Shown here: in pieces, positions 55,259-63,754 of the stretch | Layout: the number at the start of each line of letters is the position of its first letter | Numbering within the stretch: position 1 is the stretch's first letter | Source of the DNA: a virus | Lineage: Duplodnaviria > Heunggongvirae > Uroviricota > Caudoviricetes | Strand: one strand, 5' to 3' | Length of the DNA stretch: 64,000 nucleotides | IMG/VR virus record: IMGVR_UViG_3300042006_000024 | Program-made: the position numbers and the translations under genes | Notes under the pieces: generated by a model | Seen by the model: the letters and a program-made list of their open reading frames with translations, nothing else | What the model was told of the DNA's origin: nothing | Databases searched by the model: none

Positions 55259-55642
55259 TTACTCTTCGTCGGTTTCGGTCGCTTCAGTAGCACCCGATGC
55301 ACGAATGGTAACGAAGCGTTGCACCTCTGTCAAGTAATTTACCGCTTTACCGACAGACCAGGCGTGCACGATGCAATCGGTCTTGGTCACATGATCTTCA
55401 GTGACGACATGACGAACGTCAGTGTCAGTCCAATCGATGCTGATAACGCGTTTGCGATTGCCCAGCTTGATCATACCGAACGGCGTTTGCACCTTCCACC
55501 ACGGCAGCGTATCGATGAGACTTGGCGAATACTCGTTGTCAATCGATTCGACTGCGATAACGTCGATGTTTGCGAGAAGGAACATTGCGCGGACTTGCGC
55601 TTCGGTGGTGATTGTCAGTACTGCTACACGGACATTGCACAT
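55259..55642 (-). CDS. hypothetical protein (127 aa)
   Basis: ORF. Confidence 0.45.
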   Translation of the reverse strand: MCNVRVAVLTITTEAQVRAMFLLANIDVIAVESIDNEYSPSLIDTLPWWKVQTPFGMIKLGNRKRVISIDWTDTDVRHVVTEDHVTKTDCIVHAWSVGKAVNYLTEVQRFVTIRASGATEATETDEE

Positions 55643-55724
55643 GATTTGATACCTCTATGATTTAATTGATACTTCATTGGTGTTGCATTTGCAGCATGTG
55701 ACCTTTTCGGCCACATGTCAACCT

Positions 55725-56114
55725 TTACCGTGCTTGATACAGGAGACGGCCATTGGCACGGTAACCTGCAATCTTTTGAATTTTGTTGTCGCTGTAGTAG
55801 ACCGTGACGTTACCGTGTAGGCCGTCTTTGTTGCTGACGTAGAAGTCAACGATGGCCGCTCCGTTGTCAGTCAAGGTCACGCCGCGTTTGAACTCAGTGA
55901 GATCGTATGGGCTGTCAAGATCAGTATCATCCCAACTGTCGTCAGCACACTTGGTAACGAGGGCGATGTTGATGTTACGTTCAACATTTTCGTCGTCGAT
56001 GTTGAAGCGTGCACCAGGTTCGAGGATCAAGCGACCAGCAGCTAAACCAGTTTCAGTGCTGGCGGCCTGCTTGATGAGTGCGATATCTTCGCGAGATGGA
56101 ATCCAGAACGGCAT
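55725..56114 (-). CDS. hypothetical protein (129 aa)
   Basis: ORF. Confidence 0.45.
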   Translation of the reverse strand: MPFWIPSREDIALIKQAASTETGLAAGRLILEPGARFNIDDENVERNINIALVTKCADDSWDDTDLDSPYDLTEFKRGVTLTDNGAAIVDFYVSNKDGLHGNVTVYYSDNKIQKIAGYRANGRLLYQAR

Positions 56115-56198
56115 GTGATGTGCTCCTGCGCATGTTATTAGTTATTACCTCACATGCGCAGTATACGACGGATCCAATCGTATTGTAAACAACAAATT

Positions 56199-56405
56199 TT
56201 AGATACTTTTTACCACGCGTTCTTTGACGCCATGACGTGAGTTGTTTTGCGCAAGCCCTGCACCGATCATGAGGACACCTTCGCCATCACCAAAGATGAA
56301 TCGAATCTCCTCGGCGTAGGAATTGATGCTGTAGTCGCTCCAGCCAGCATTGCGTTGAATGTTGGCTACCTTGATCAGGTCGACTTCAAACTCTTCTTTG
56401 GTCAT
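56199..56405 (-). CDS. hypothetical protein (68 aa, internal start MTKEEF)
   Basis: The longer form overlaps its upstream neighbour. The internal ATG abuts that neighbour's stop. Confidence 0.35.
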   Translation of the reverse strand: MTKEEFEVDLIKVANIQRNAGWSDYSINSYAEEIRFIFGDGEGVLMIGAGLAQNNSRHGVKERVVKSI

Positions 56406-56406
56406 A

Positions 56407-56628
56407 TCAGTTCTCTTGGTCTGCTGTGATGAAACCACGTTCAACTGCACGGCGACGGGCTTCAGCCATTTGCGGGTATTTGGTGACATGACTACCAGAG
56501 CAGTATTCACCATGAGGACCGTAGCGACTGATCAACGTCCAGTGCTTGCCAGGGTGAAAGTACAAGTCTTCACCGTTGAATTCACCCAGGCTGATGCACA
56601 CATCGCAATCATGTTCATGAATAGCCAT
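56407..56628 (-). CDS. small Cys/His-rich putative zinc-binding protein
   Basis: HEHDCDVC...C motif. Confidence 0.4.
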   Translation of the reverse strand: MAIHEHDCDVCISLGEFNGEDLYFHPGKHWTLISRYGPHGEYCSGSHVTKYPQMAEARRRAVERGFITADQEN

Positions 56629-56867
56629 TATCGTCTCCCTACCACACCTTCGTAAAACGAATTGCCGTCTTTGTTAGCCCAGTATTCGATCTTCTCTGCA
56701 CACTCAAGGCAGTACCAAGCTTTCATCACAGTGTTGAAGTGATGCGCGCTGTTCGGCTTCTGGCATTGGGTGACATTGCAGTTCTGACCTTCAAGGCCTT
56801 TACCTGGCAACGGTGCCTTTGGTTCGTAGACTTCACCCCAGGTTTTACCTTGCGATTTGAACGCCAT
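56628..56867 (-). CDS. small Cys4 zinc-ribbon-like protein
   Basis: CNVTQC...CLEC. Confidence 0.4.
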   Translation of the reverse strand: MAFKSQGKTWGEVYEPKAPLPGKGLEGQNCNVTQCQKPNSAHHFNTVMKAWYCLECAEKIEYWANKDGNSFYEGVVGRR

Positions 56868-56869
56868 GA

Positions 56870-57157
56870 TTAAAGTCCCTTACGCTTGAGATCGAATACC
56901 CACCAGCAATACAGCTGGGAAGTGTATGCAAACTTTTTGAGGTAGTTCATGTTGCCGAACGTATCTGGGTAGACGTCGCCCAGAGCACCAATCAAGGTGT
57001 AATTGTCAGGGCTGATTGTATCCAGCATCTCGGCAATATCAGCCTCAAAGTTAGGGTAACCCATCGAATACATCGCGTTGCACATGTATGGGTTGGAGGC
57101 ATCATAGACACCTTTTACCAATGCGCGTTCAATAGCTTCAGACAGCTTCACATTCAT
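56870..57157 (-). CDS. hypothetical protein (95 aa)
   Basis: ORF with a GGAGA RBS. A promoter lies upstream. Confidence 0.45.
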   Translation of the reverse strand: MNVKLSEAIERALVKGVYDASNPYMCNAMYSMGYPNFEADIAEMLDTISPDNYTLIGALGDVYPDTFGNMNYLKKFAYTSQLYCWWVFDLKRKGL

Positions 57158-57184
57158 TCTCCAGTATGTTTGTCTTCAGATTCC

Positions 57185-57214
57185 ATTGTATGGCGTGGGG
57201 TTGATGCTTTGCAA
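57185..57214 (-). promoter_or_regulatory. sigma70 promoter TTGCAA-18-TACAAT
   Basis: Minus strand. Sits in the 83-nt gap before the ATG at 57157. Confidence 0.4.
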
Positions 57215-57240
57215 GCTTTTTCGCGCCCACGCTAACGACT

Positions 57241-57519
57241 TCAATCCAGAAGAGAGTTGGTTTGAACGCGAGTGGTCTTGCCTTCAGACACCGCACGATT
57301 GACTGTAGTACCGCCACCTTCAACGAAGTAGACATAGTGTGGATGAACGCTACCAGGAACGGCGATGATGACGCGAGAAACACCACGACCATCAGGCAAC
57401 GTGCCTACCTTGATCGGGGAGTTCAGGTTGTAGCTGTTGGCGATTGCGGCTTCGTTATGGGTTGGGCCACAGCCAACCAGTGCCAACGACAGTACAGCGA
57501 GTGCGATAAGCTTTTTCAT
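57241..57519 (-). CDS. lipoprotein (92 aa)
   Basis: MKKLIALAVLSLALVGCG signal plus lipobox. Confidence 0.55.
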   Translation of the reverse strand: MKKLIALAVLSLALVGCGPTHNEAAIANSYNLNSPIKVGTLPDGRGVSRVIIAVPGSVHPHYVYFVEGGGTTVNRAVSEGKTTRVQTNSLLD

Positions 57520-57710
57520 TCGGATGTTCCTTTAGTAATGTCTGGTGTCCGATGTTCAGTTGATGCTAGAACGGCGCGCAATTCATCATGCGCCGCCGCC
57601 GACTGAATTTGGATTGTTCGTATTGTCACTGGGTCAGTGATATTTCTCGGATATACCCGTGTAAGCCTTTCAGCAAGTTCACGAGGTATGCAGATATTTT
57701 CAGAACTCAT
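57516..57710 (-). CDS. hypothetical protein (64 aa, internal start)
   Basis: The 111-aa track ORF overlaps the next gene by 150 nt. This internal ATG gives a 10-nt overlap. Confidence 0.3.
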   Translation of the reverse strand: MSSENICIPRELAERLTRVYPRNITDPVTIRTIQIQSAAAHDELRAVLASTEHRTPDITKGTSE

Positions 57711-58362
57711 TGCTAACCTTCTTATGGTCTTCAGGATATGCGAGCAACTTGACCAGACGTTCTTCGGTTGTGATACGACGGTCGACAGTGTAACGACTGG
57801 CATTGTTTTGCATGTCGATGTAGAGTTCAACCAGGATGCGAGGCAATTCAACGATACCCATCGCGTCTTTGGCTTTCCTCTTTGCGGCTTCCATATGTTT
57901 GTGATAGGTGAGGTATGAATCCATCAAAGCCTTAGCCATGTCAACTGCAAGTACATCACGATGGAACAACATCATGGCGAAGTTGCCGATGTCGACTGGA
58001 TCACCTTTACTGATGTTTTCGATCAGCATTTGGATAAGCGATTCCACAGTACACTCATCCGGCTTATCCCAGCCACCACGACCCCGCTCACGCATCTGAG
58101 CCATCTTGTTCTTCATGGCTTGAGCGAACGTATCAACCGCAACATCATCAGCGTGACGGTCCCTGTAGGCGACTTCTTTCTCACGCCATTCGAGGATTTC
58201 ACTGTGGCTGAAGTGCATGCCATTGATGAGTACATAGTTCTTCGCAGGTTCTTTTACAGCAGGTTGCATTACATCATCGGTCAAGCACTTTGGATAACCG
58301 CAGTGGAGGTTATGCATTTGGCAGCCACCCAATGCGCTCATGTTCTTACAAGTCTTTGCCAC
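57700..58362 (-). CDS. hypothetical protein with N-terminal Cys cluster (220 aa, GTG start)
   Basis: CKNMSALGGCQMHNLHCGYPKC. GGAG RBS 8 nt before the GTG. Helical C-terminus. Confidence 0.45.
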   Translation of the reverse strand: MAKTCKNMSALGGCQMHNLHCGYPKCLTDDVMQPAVKEPAKNYVLINGMHFSHSEILEWREKEVAYRDRHADDVAVDTFAQAMKNKMAQMRERGRGGWDKPDECTVESLIQMLIENISKGDPVDIGNFAMMLFHRDVLAVDMAKALMDSYLTYHKHMEAAKRKAKDAMGIVELPRILVELYIDMQNNASRYTVDRRITTEERLVKLLAYPEDHKKVSNEF

Positions 58363-58364
58363 AG

Positions 58365-58565
58365 TTATTGCTCCACGAATTCGACACGCTTGCCATCAAC
58401 CCAGGCAGCGACAGGTTTACATTTGATGATCGTGCCCTGAATGGTAGTTTCACCTGCCTTGGCACAATCGGATTTGACGTCAGCAAGTGGCGTATAGCGG
58501 CCCGCAGAAAAGCTGATACCACCTACGAAGAACATTACAAGGATGAATGCAGCGAAGCCGTCCAT
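58365..58565 (-). CDS. small membrane protein (66 aa)
   Basis: N-terminal TM helix. Confidence 0.4.
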   Translation of the reverse strand: MDGFAAFILVMFFVGGISFSAGRYTPLADVKSDCAKAGETTIQGTIIKCKPVAAWVDGKRVEFVEQ

Positions 58566-58789
58566 TATTCGGCTTCCTTGATTTCTTCAAGATCTTTGAA
58601 TGGGTGGGTGAAGAACGGATAGCCACCATCCACATCGAGTGTCAAGCTGATGTGATGTACACAGGTAATTCGAGTATCGTCACTGGCGCAACCGTAGTCG
58701 TGCATGCGGCACTTTTGCACGACTGTGCCCTTGGTGGCCTTTGGTTCAGTCGTGCTGTCAGTCAGCAAACGATATTGTTTGACGTTCAT
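58565..58789 (-). CDS. hypothetical protein (74 aa)
   Basis: ORF. Confidence 0.4.
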   Translation of the reverse strand: MNVKQYRLLTDSTTEPKATKGTVVQKCRMHDYGCASDDTRITCVHHISLTLDVDGGYPFFTHPFKDLEEIKEAE

Positions 58790-59094
58790 TTGAGTTCCTT
58801 AACAGCTTTGCGCAGCTGGTTCAGCAAACGCATATTGATGGTGAGGGCGTTGTCTTCGGTTTTACCAGTACTTGGATGAACGTAGGTTTCTTTGTATGGT
58901 CGACCAAGTTCAGCTTCAGACCGATCTACCTCGGCAGCGATCATTGTAGCGACTGTTACAATCGATTGCAAGCGCTTCAATTCTTTCTTGGCGCACGCAC
59001 CACACTGGTAAATTTCATCGTAGTACTGTTGACCACAACGTGCTCCTTCGCCGTGACCCATCGTGGTGAGACTGTTGCAATACTTACTCATGAT
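58786..59094 (-). CDS. small Cys-rich protein (102 aa, internal start MSKYC)
   Basis: C..C...C..C pairs. The longer form overlaps upstream. Confidence 0.35.
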   Translation of the reverse strand: MMSKYCNSLTTMGHGEGARCGQQYYDEIYQCGACAKKELKRLQSIVTVATMIAAEVDRSEAELGRPYKETYVHPSTGKTEDNALTINMRLLNQLRKAVKELK

Positions 59095-59341
59095 TTTTGA
59101 TCTCCGACAGCTTAGCAGTGATTTCGGATTTGTAACCGTTAGGGACGATGAACCAAAGCTTCTTGAGCATTTCAACCAATAATGCTTGGTTGTTGGTCAG
59201 CGTGGCGATAGTTGCTCGCATTTGTTTACGCTCAGCTTCGATCTTTGGTGCCCAATCGCAAGCTTCGCAAATGTGGGTGTCTTCGCCTAGATCATAACAC
59301 ATTGCAGTCGCACCACAAGTGTCACAAACGGCAAACATGGT
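59084..59341 (-). CDS. zinc-ribbon protein (85 aa, start MFAVCDTC)
   Basis: CDTC...CEAC. The internal start avoids overlap with the lipoprotein gene. Confidence 0.35.
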   Translation of the reverse strand, partial: TMFAVCDTCGATAMCYDLGEDTHICEACDWAPKIEAERKQMRATIATLTNNQALLVEMLKKLWFIVPNGYKSEITAKLSEIKNHE

Positions 59342-59345
59342 TGTC

Positions 59346-59579
59346 CTATTCATGAGGCACATCCAGGTTTTCAAGAGGGTTAGTGAAAGGTTCTTCTCGG
59401 ATACCTTCACCGAGTGAACAGTAGATTGCATCGATCTCACCGTACGCACGATAGACCTTCAGGTACTTGTAACCGCGAAAGCCGCAAAACTCATAGGCTT
59501 CGTCGATGCGTTGTTCTTCAGTGATTGCGCAACCAGTCAGAACTGACGCAATAGCGCACAACAGGAATAAACGTTTCAT
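59346..59579 (-). CDS. lipoprotein (77 aa)
   Basis: MKRLFLLCAIASVLTGCA signal plus lipobox. Confidence 0.5.
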   Translation of the reverse strand: MKRLFLLCAIASVLTGCAITEEQRIDEAYEFCGFRGYKYLKVYRAYGEIDAIYCSLGEGIREEPFTNPLENLDVPHE

Positions 59580-59737
59580 GGTTTCATCTTCCGTGCTACG
59601 CGTTGAGCCTTACGCTTTTGTTTGCGTTTGGCTCGATAGCCGCTTGGGAGTTTGTAATCGGTGATGTGTCTGCAACGGCCGTATGACTTAGCCCACACCT
59701 TTTGTTCAGCTTGGAAATTACCGAAGCTCCAGAACAT
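59576..59737 (-). CDS. small highly basic ORF (53 aa)
   Basis: ATGA-coupled to the lipoprotein gene. Lys/Arg-rich C-terminus. Confidence 0.25.
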   Translation of the reverse strand: MFWSFGNFQAEQKVWAKSYGRCRHITDYKLPSGYRAKRKQKRKAQRVARKMKP

Positions 59738-59976
59738 TACCACACCGCCTTGTAGGTCACTTCAAACATTGAGTTGGCGTGAGCGATGTATTCGATGCAG
59801 CTTTGGTCGTTGAAGTCAATCTGCTGATACACGCTGTTCCAAACGCAATTAGGGAACATCTTTTGCGCGTTGAGGAAGATGGCACCACCGTCATGCAGTG
59901 TGCCTTTGATCCAAGAGCCTTTGAAACCTGCTGCCTCAAACGTCTTTTCGAGGACTTGATGAGCTTGAGAGACCAT
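59737..59976 (-). CDS. hypothetical protein (79 aa)
   Basis: ORF. A possible TTGTGG-17-TAGAAT promoter lies upstream. Confidence 0.45.
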   Translation of the reverse strand: MVSQAHQVLEKTFEAAGFKGSWIKGTLHDGGAIFLNAQKMFPNCVWNSVYQQIDFNDQSCIEYIAHANSMFEVTYKAVW

Positions 59977-60206
59977 CTTGATTCTCCTTTCATGATAAGT
60001 TGTTGCTTCACTATGAGAACGATTCTACAGATGATCACTCAATGCCACAAGCATTATTTTAAGGAAAATTACCTTTTCGCACGTCACCCGCTGTGACAGT
60101 CTCGGGCCATGCACGTTTGTCAGGCTGACGCTGTACCGTGCTGTACGGGTTCTCTAGCAGTTGTAGGCTGTCCAAGATAGTCAGCGCTTCCTGAGTCGTC
60201 GCCAAG

Positions 60207-60695
60207 TCAACAAGCTTGTTCAGTTGCGCTTGGCTGATTCGATACCCTCGCATCACGTCCCTCCAACCATTCACGGTCAATAAAACCATCGACAACGAAG
60301 CCACCCAGTTCGACCTCACCTTCAACAGGAAAGGTTTCACCGCGGAGACCATAGAACAACTTGCCTTCAATGCCTTTGACAGGATCGTTGACGAAGTAAC
60401 CATCCTCGGTGACTTCAATGATGATCTGGTGCATGCCACCCTGAATGTTCAGAGATGGAACGCTAACCAGATACGCACCAGAGGAGATCAGCGTAGGTAG
60501 GGATAGACTGTCGAACGACGTACAAGGGATTTGCAGTTCATTCAGCAGTTGCCCCATCGAAGTCGCACCTGCGCGATACTTCTCATGGAACTGGTCAATC
60601 AAACCTTGTACAGGTTCATCAACCAACATTGCCAGGCATGTAGCAACGCAACTCACAGTACATGGTTGCGTCTGATGTTTGATTAACGGTTTCAT
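60207..60695 (-). CDS. putative papain-like cysteine peptidase (C39-like)
   Basis: QPCTVSCVATCLAML resembles the C39 Cys motif. MHQIIIEV resembles the His motif. Start placed at MKPLIK. Confidence 0.35.
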   Translation of the reverse strand: MKPLIKHQTQPCTVSCVATCLAMLVDEPVQGLIDQFHEKYRAGATSMGQLLNELQIPCTSFDSLSLPTLISSGAYLVSVPSLNIQGGMHQIIIEVTEDGYFVNDPVKGIEGKLFYGLRGETFPVEGEVELGGFVVDGFIDREWLEGRDARVSNQPSATEQAC

Positions 60696-60997
60696 TTCAA
60701 TCCTTTCTCCACCTTTGCAATCCACTTGTTGCATTTGTTGTTGACAATGGCATAGATCTCTTCAACCGTAATGCCAGGCTTTTGTGCGTTCATCATGTCG
60801 ACTGCGGTGATGATCAAGTCAACAGCCTCACCTACAACGCCGTCAGGACCAGGTTCACGGTCTTTGTAACCAAGATCGATGGCGACTTCAGTTGCAAGTT
60901 CACCTGTCTCTTCGGTTACAGCATGCATGATCTGGTTCTTGTCGTAGGTGCAATACTTCTGCGACACGCTCAGGATATAACCAATAGGGCAGCTCAT
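60692..60997 (-). CDS. MazG-like nucleotide pyrophosphohydrolase
   Basis: EETGELATEVA...GEAVDLIITAVDMM matches the EExGE(L/V) metal-binding helix pair. Confidence 0.5.
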   Translation of the reverse strand: MSCPIGYILSVSQKYCTYDKNQIMHAVTEETGELATEVAIDLGYKDREPGPDGVVGEAVDLIITAVDMMNAQKPGITVEEIYAIVNNKCNKWIAKVEKGLK

Positions 60998-61305
60998 TAC
61001 TTCACGCGCCCCACACCACCCCATTCGGAGTTAGAGAACACGATAACCTTGCCTTTAGGATTGACAGCGTAGAAAGTTTCGGTGTCCCAATCGACATTAC
61101 CTTCATCCCATTTGTTTTTATGGAACTCACCGGTAAGTTGACTTTCGTGGCGATACACAGCTTTGAAGTCAACACCCATCACCTTTGACAGTGTTAGGCA
61201 TGAATTGGCATCGCGCTTGTATAGGCCGGCAATGTATTCGGCTTTGAACTCCCAGACATAACGGTAGTCGCGTTTTACATCATCCAACGTGTTGACAGCG
61301 GTCAT
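60997..61305 (-). CDS. hypothetical protein (102 aa, internal start MTAVN)
   Basis: ATGA overlap with the upstream gene. Confidence 0.4.
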   Translation of the reverse strand: MTAVNTLDDVKRDYRYVWEFKAEYIAGLYKRDANSCLTLSKVMGVDFKAVYRHESQLTGEFHKNKWDEGNVDWDTETFYAVNPKGKVIVFSNSEWGGVGRVK

Positions 61306-61589
61306 ACTTCTTCTCCTTCGAGTTGTTCGGCTTGCTTTGCGCGCACTTGCGCACATTTGAGCCAGCCGTACCATTTATTGTCGAACATCATCCAGGTTGT
61401 CTGGTCAGTGCCACAAGTGAAGTTGTAGCAATCACCGGCCCAGAACACACCGTTCGGAACTTTGTTGGTGCTTTCGAACAGCGCACGTTCGGCTTCAATG
61501 TTAACTGTCTTGAGGTCACTGAGAATGACAACAGGCTGACAGTGCCAGATACCGTCAATGCAGACTTCAGCTTCATACGTTTTCAACAT
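61302..61589 (-). CDS. hypothetical protein (95 aa)
   Basis: ORF. Confidence 0.45.
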   Translation of the reverse strand: MLKTYEAEVCIDGIWHCQPVVILSDLKTVNIEAERALFESTNKVPNGVFWAGDCYNFTCGTDQTTWMMFDNKWYGWLKCAQVRAKQAEQLEGEEV

Positions 61590-61604
61590 TTCGGTTTCCT
61601 TTGA

Positions 61605-61907
61605 TTAACAGTTGCCTGAGGTGCGCAGATGTTCAAGCGCTTTGTCGTAGTGGCCATGTGAAGCGACCAGCGCTTTCTTGCACGCCATCAAACCTTCACC
61701 GGTGTGCCCATGTAAGTCCCTGACCATTTTAGCGGTGATCTCAACAGGCGGTCTGTTCAGCTCTTTCATCATGCGTTCAAGCTCGTTCCATCGCTTGTTC
61801 ATTTCATTGCGACCGGGGCATTTGTAATCTGCTACCTGGTTGAGAACAACACCCATTGCACTGATTGATTCATGCATCTTGTTGATAATCGCGATGATGC
61901 CGCTCAT
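61605..61907 (-). CDS. small protein with C-terminal EF-Ts N-terminal (EF-Tu-binding, UBA-like) domain
   Basis: [42 protein letters not shown] matches the EF-Ts N-terminus ITAxLVKELRExTGAGMMDCKKAL. Confidence 0.55.
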   Translation of the reverse strand: MSGIIAIINKMHESISAMGVVLNQVADYKCPGRNEMNKRWNELERMMKELNRPPVEITAKMVRDLHGHTGEGLMACKKALVASHGHYDKALEHLRTSGNC

Positions 61908-62458
61908 TACATTGCCGCCCGTGCAGCATTGACAGCCGCATCAACGCGCTTCTGAATTGCATCAGTGGTCAGTCGATCAATGCGCTGCTTGATAGCATAT
62001 TCAACCCGAGCGTCAAGCTTGTCCTCGTATTCTTTAGCAACAGCTTCAACCTTGTCGCTGAGCATTTGGTAGAACTTGTCACTCAACGCATTTTCAGCCG
62101 CCCGAGCAAGTGCCTCGACGAGTTTGGTACCAGGCTGCAACTTTGTGACAGAGTTCCACAAACCGCTATCGGCGAAGTACTTTTCAACGATTGCTTTGAC
62201 ATTAGTTGCCTGCTTGACTTCTTGAGTCAGAGTGCGCAGATGATCCTGGACGTGTTGGGTCAATGCAGTCTTGACGTAGGTGTTAGTAACCTCAGTCAGA
62301 GCCGCGTTGACAAGCTCTACACGGGCTTCTGTGCCTTCAGGGAACAGTGCGTTCAAGACTGGCGTGTTGAGCTTCAGCACGCACTTTGCAGCTTGTTCTT
62401 GGTTCATGATATAAGCCTTCTTCAAATGGATTGTTGTAAAGAGATGCACATCATACAT
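61907..62458 (-). CDS. hypothetical alpha-helical protein (183 aa; alternative start MNQEQ at 62407)
   Basis: ORF immediately downstream of rtcB. Confidence 0.5.
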   Translation of the reverse strand: MYDVHLFTTIHLKKAYIMNQEQAAKCVLKLNTPVLNALFPEGTEARVELVNAALTEVTNTYVKTALTQHVQDHLRTLTQEVKQATNVKAIVEKYFADSGLWNSVTKLQPGTKLVEALARAAENALSDKFYQMLSDKVEAVAKEYEDKLDARVEYAIKQRIDRLTTDAIQKRVDAAVNAARAAM

Positions 62459-62475
62459 CCCTTTACTCGATTGTA

Positions 62476-63696
62476 CTAGCCCTTAACGCAAATCACTTGG
62501 CGCAGGGTATGAACGATATCAACCAATGCAGACTGCGCAGCCATTACCGCTTCAATGTCTTTGTAGGCTGCCGGCGTTTCGTCGATGACCTCTTTGTCCT
62601 TACGGCACTCGATACCTTTGGTCGCTTCGATGTGATCTTCAACCGTGAACTGTTTCTTGGCTTGGGTGCGACTCATGACACGACCAGCACCGTGCGAACA
62701 CGAGCAGAACGAATCGGCGTTGCCCTTACCACGAACAATGAAGCTCTTCGCACCCATGCTACCTGGGATGATACCCAGTTGACCGACTTGCGCACTGACC
62801 GCGCCTTTACGCGTTACCAGAACATCAGAGCCGAAGTGAAACTCTTTCGACACGTAGTTATGGTGAGCATTGACCGCGCTCTTCTGCAAGCTGAATGCGG
62901 TCAAATGCTTGCGCAACACACCGAGGGTCAGCTCCATCATTTGCAGACGGTTCATCATGGCGTAATCCTGAGCCCACGACACCGCTTCACAGTAGTCGTC
63001 AAACAGTTCAGAACCTTCAACCAGATACGCCAGATCTTTGTCAGGCAAGTGAATGTACTGGCGTGCAATCTCTTCTTTTGCTTTGTCGATGAAGTATGTA
63101 CCGATCTTGTTACCAGCACCACGACTACCAGAGTGCAACATCACCCACACATGGTCACGCTCATCAAGGCACAGTTCGATGAAGTGATTACCACCGCCGA
63201 GTGTGCCCATTTGTTTCAACGGGTTGTTTTGGTTGATCAGCGGATGCTTTTCGAGGATCTTGTCGTAGCGATCAGCAAGAGTGCTATAACGCGTGATTGC
63301 AGAGTTCGGCGCGACCATCCAGCTACCATTCTTGGAACGACCTGGTGTCGACACGAAACCATGAGGTACAGCGCGTTCGATGTCACTGCGAATCAACGCC
63401 AAGCTGTCTGGAAGGTCGATTGCTCGCAAAGAGGTTTCTTGAGCGATCATACCGCAACCGATGTCAACACCTACAGCAGCAGGGATGATTGCACCTTTAG
63501 TTGCGATGACACTCCCTACAGTTGCACCCATACCCCAATGCACATCAGGCATTACTGCGAGATGCTTATGGATGAACGGCATCTGTGCGACGTTGCGCAG
63601 TTGTTCTTTGGCTTGCTCTTCGACAAGCACACCACGAGTCCATGCTTTGATCGGCTTACCGTAGCTTTCGATCATTTCATAACTTTGAACGGTCAC
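62476..63696 (-). CDS. rtcB: RtcB RNA ligase (3'-phosphate/5'-OH)
   Basis: HWGMGATVGSV and VGVDIGCGM metal-binding motifs. 406 aa. Confidence 0.85.
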   Translation of the reverse strand: MTVQSYEMIESYGKPIKAWTRGVLVEEQAKEQLRNVAQMPFIHKHLAVMPDVHWGMGATVGSVIATKGAIIPAAVGVDIGCGMIAQETSLRAIDLPDSLALIRSDIERAVPHGFVSTPGRSKNGSWMVAPNSAITRYSTLADRYDKILEKHPLINQNNPLKQMGTLGGGNHFIELCLDERDHVWVMLHSGSRGAGNKIGTYFIDKAKEEIARQYIHLPDKDLAYLVEGSELFDDYCEAVSWAQDYAMMNRLQMMELTLGVLRKHLTAFSLQKSAVNAHHNYVSKEFHFGSDVLVTRKGAVSAQVGQLGIIPGSMGAKSFIVRGKGNADSFCSCSHGAGRVMSRTQAKKQFTVEDHIEATKGIECRKDKEVIDETPAAYKDIEAVMAAQSALVDIVHTLRQVICVKG

Positions 63697-63754
63697 TGTG
63701 TAATTCCTTCTTCAGATTCGTTTGGAGATGCCATGATAGCATCTCCATTCAGTG

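Noticed and set aside
57138-57392. 84-aa minus-strand ORF overlapping the lipoprotein gene by 150 nt in another frame
   Set aside because: The other frame encodes a textbook lipoprotein signal. The region 57158-57240 is better explained as a TTGCAA-18-TACAAT promoter.
60059-60439. 126-aa ORF overlapping the C39-like gene
   Set aside because: Different frame, without RBS or motif. The 59977-60206 gap more likely holds a promoter (TTGTGG-17-TAGAAT) for the gene at 59976.
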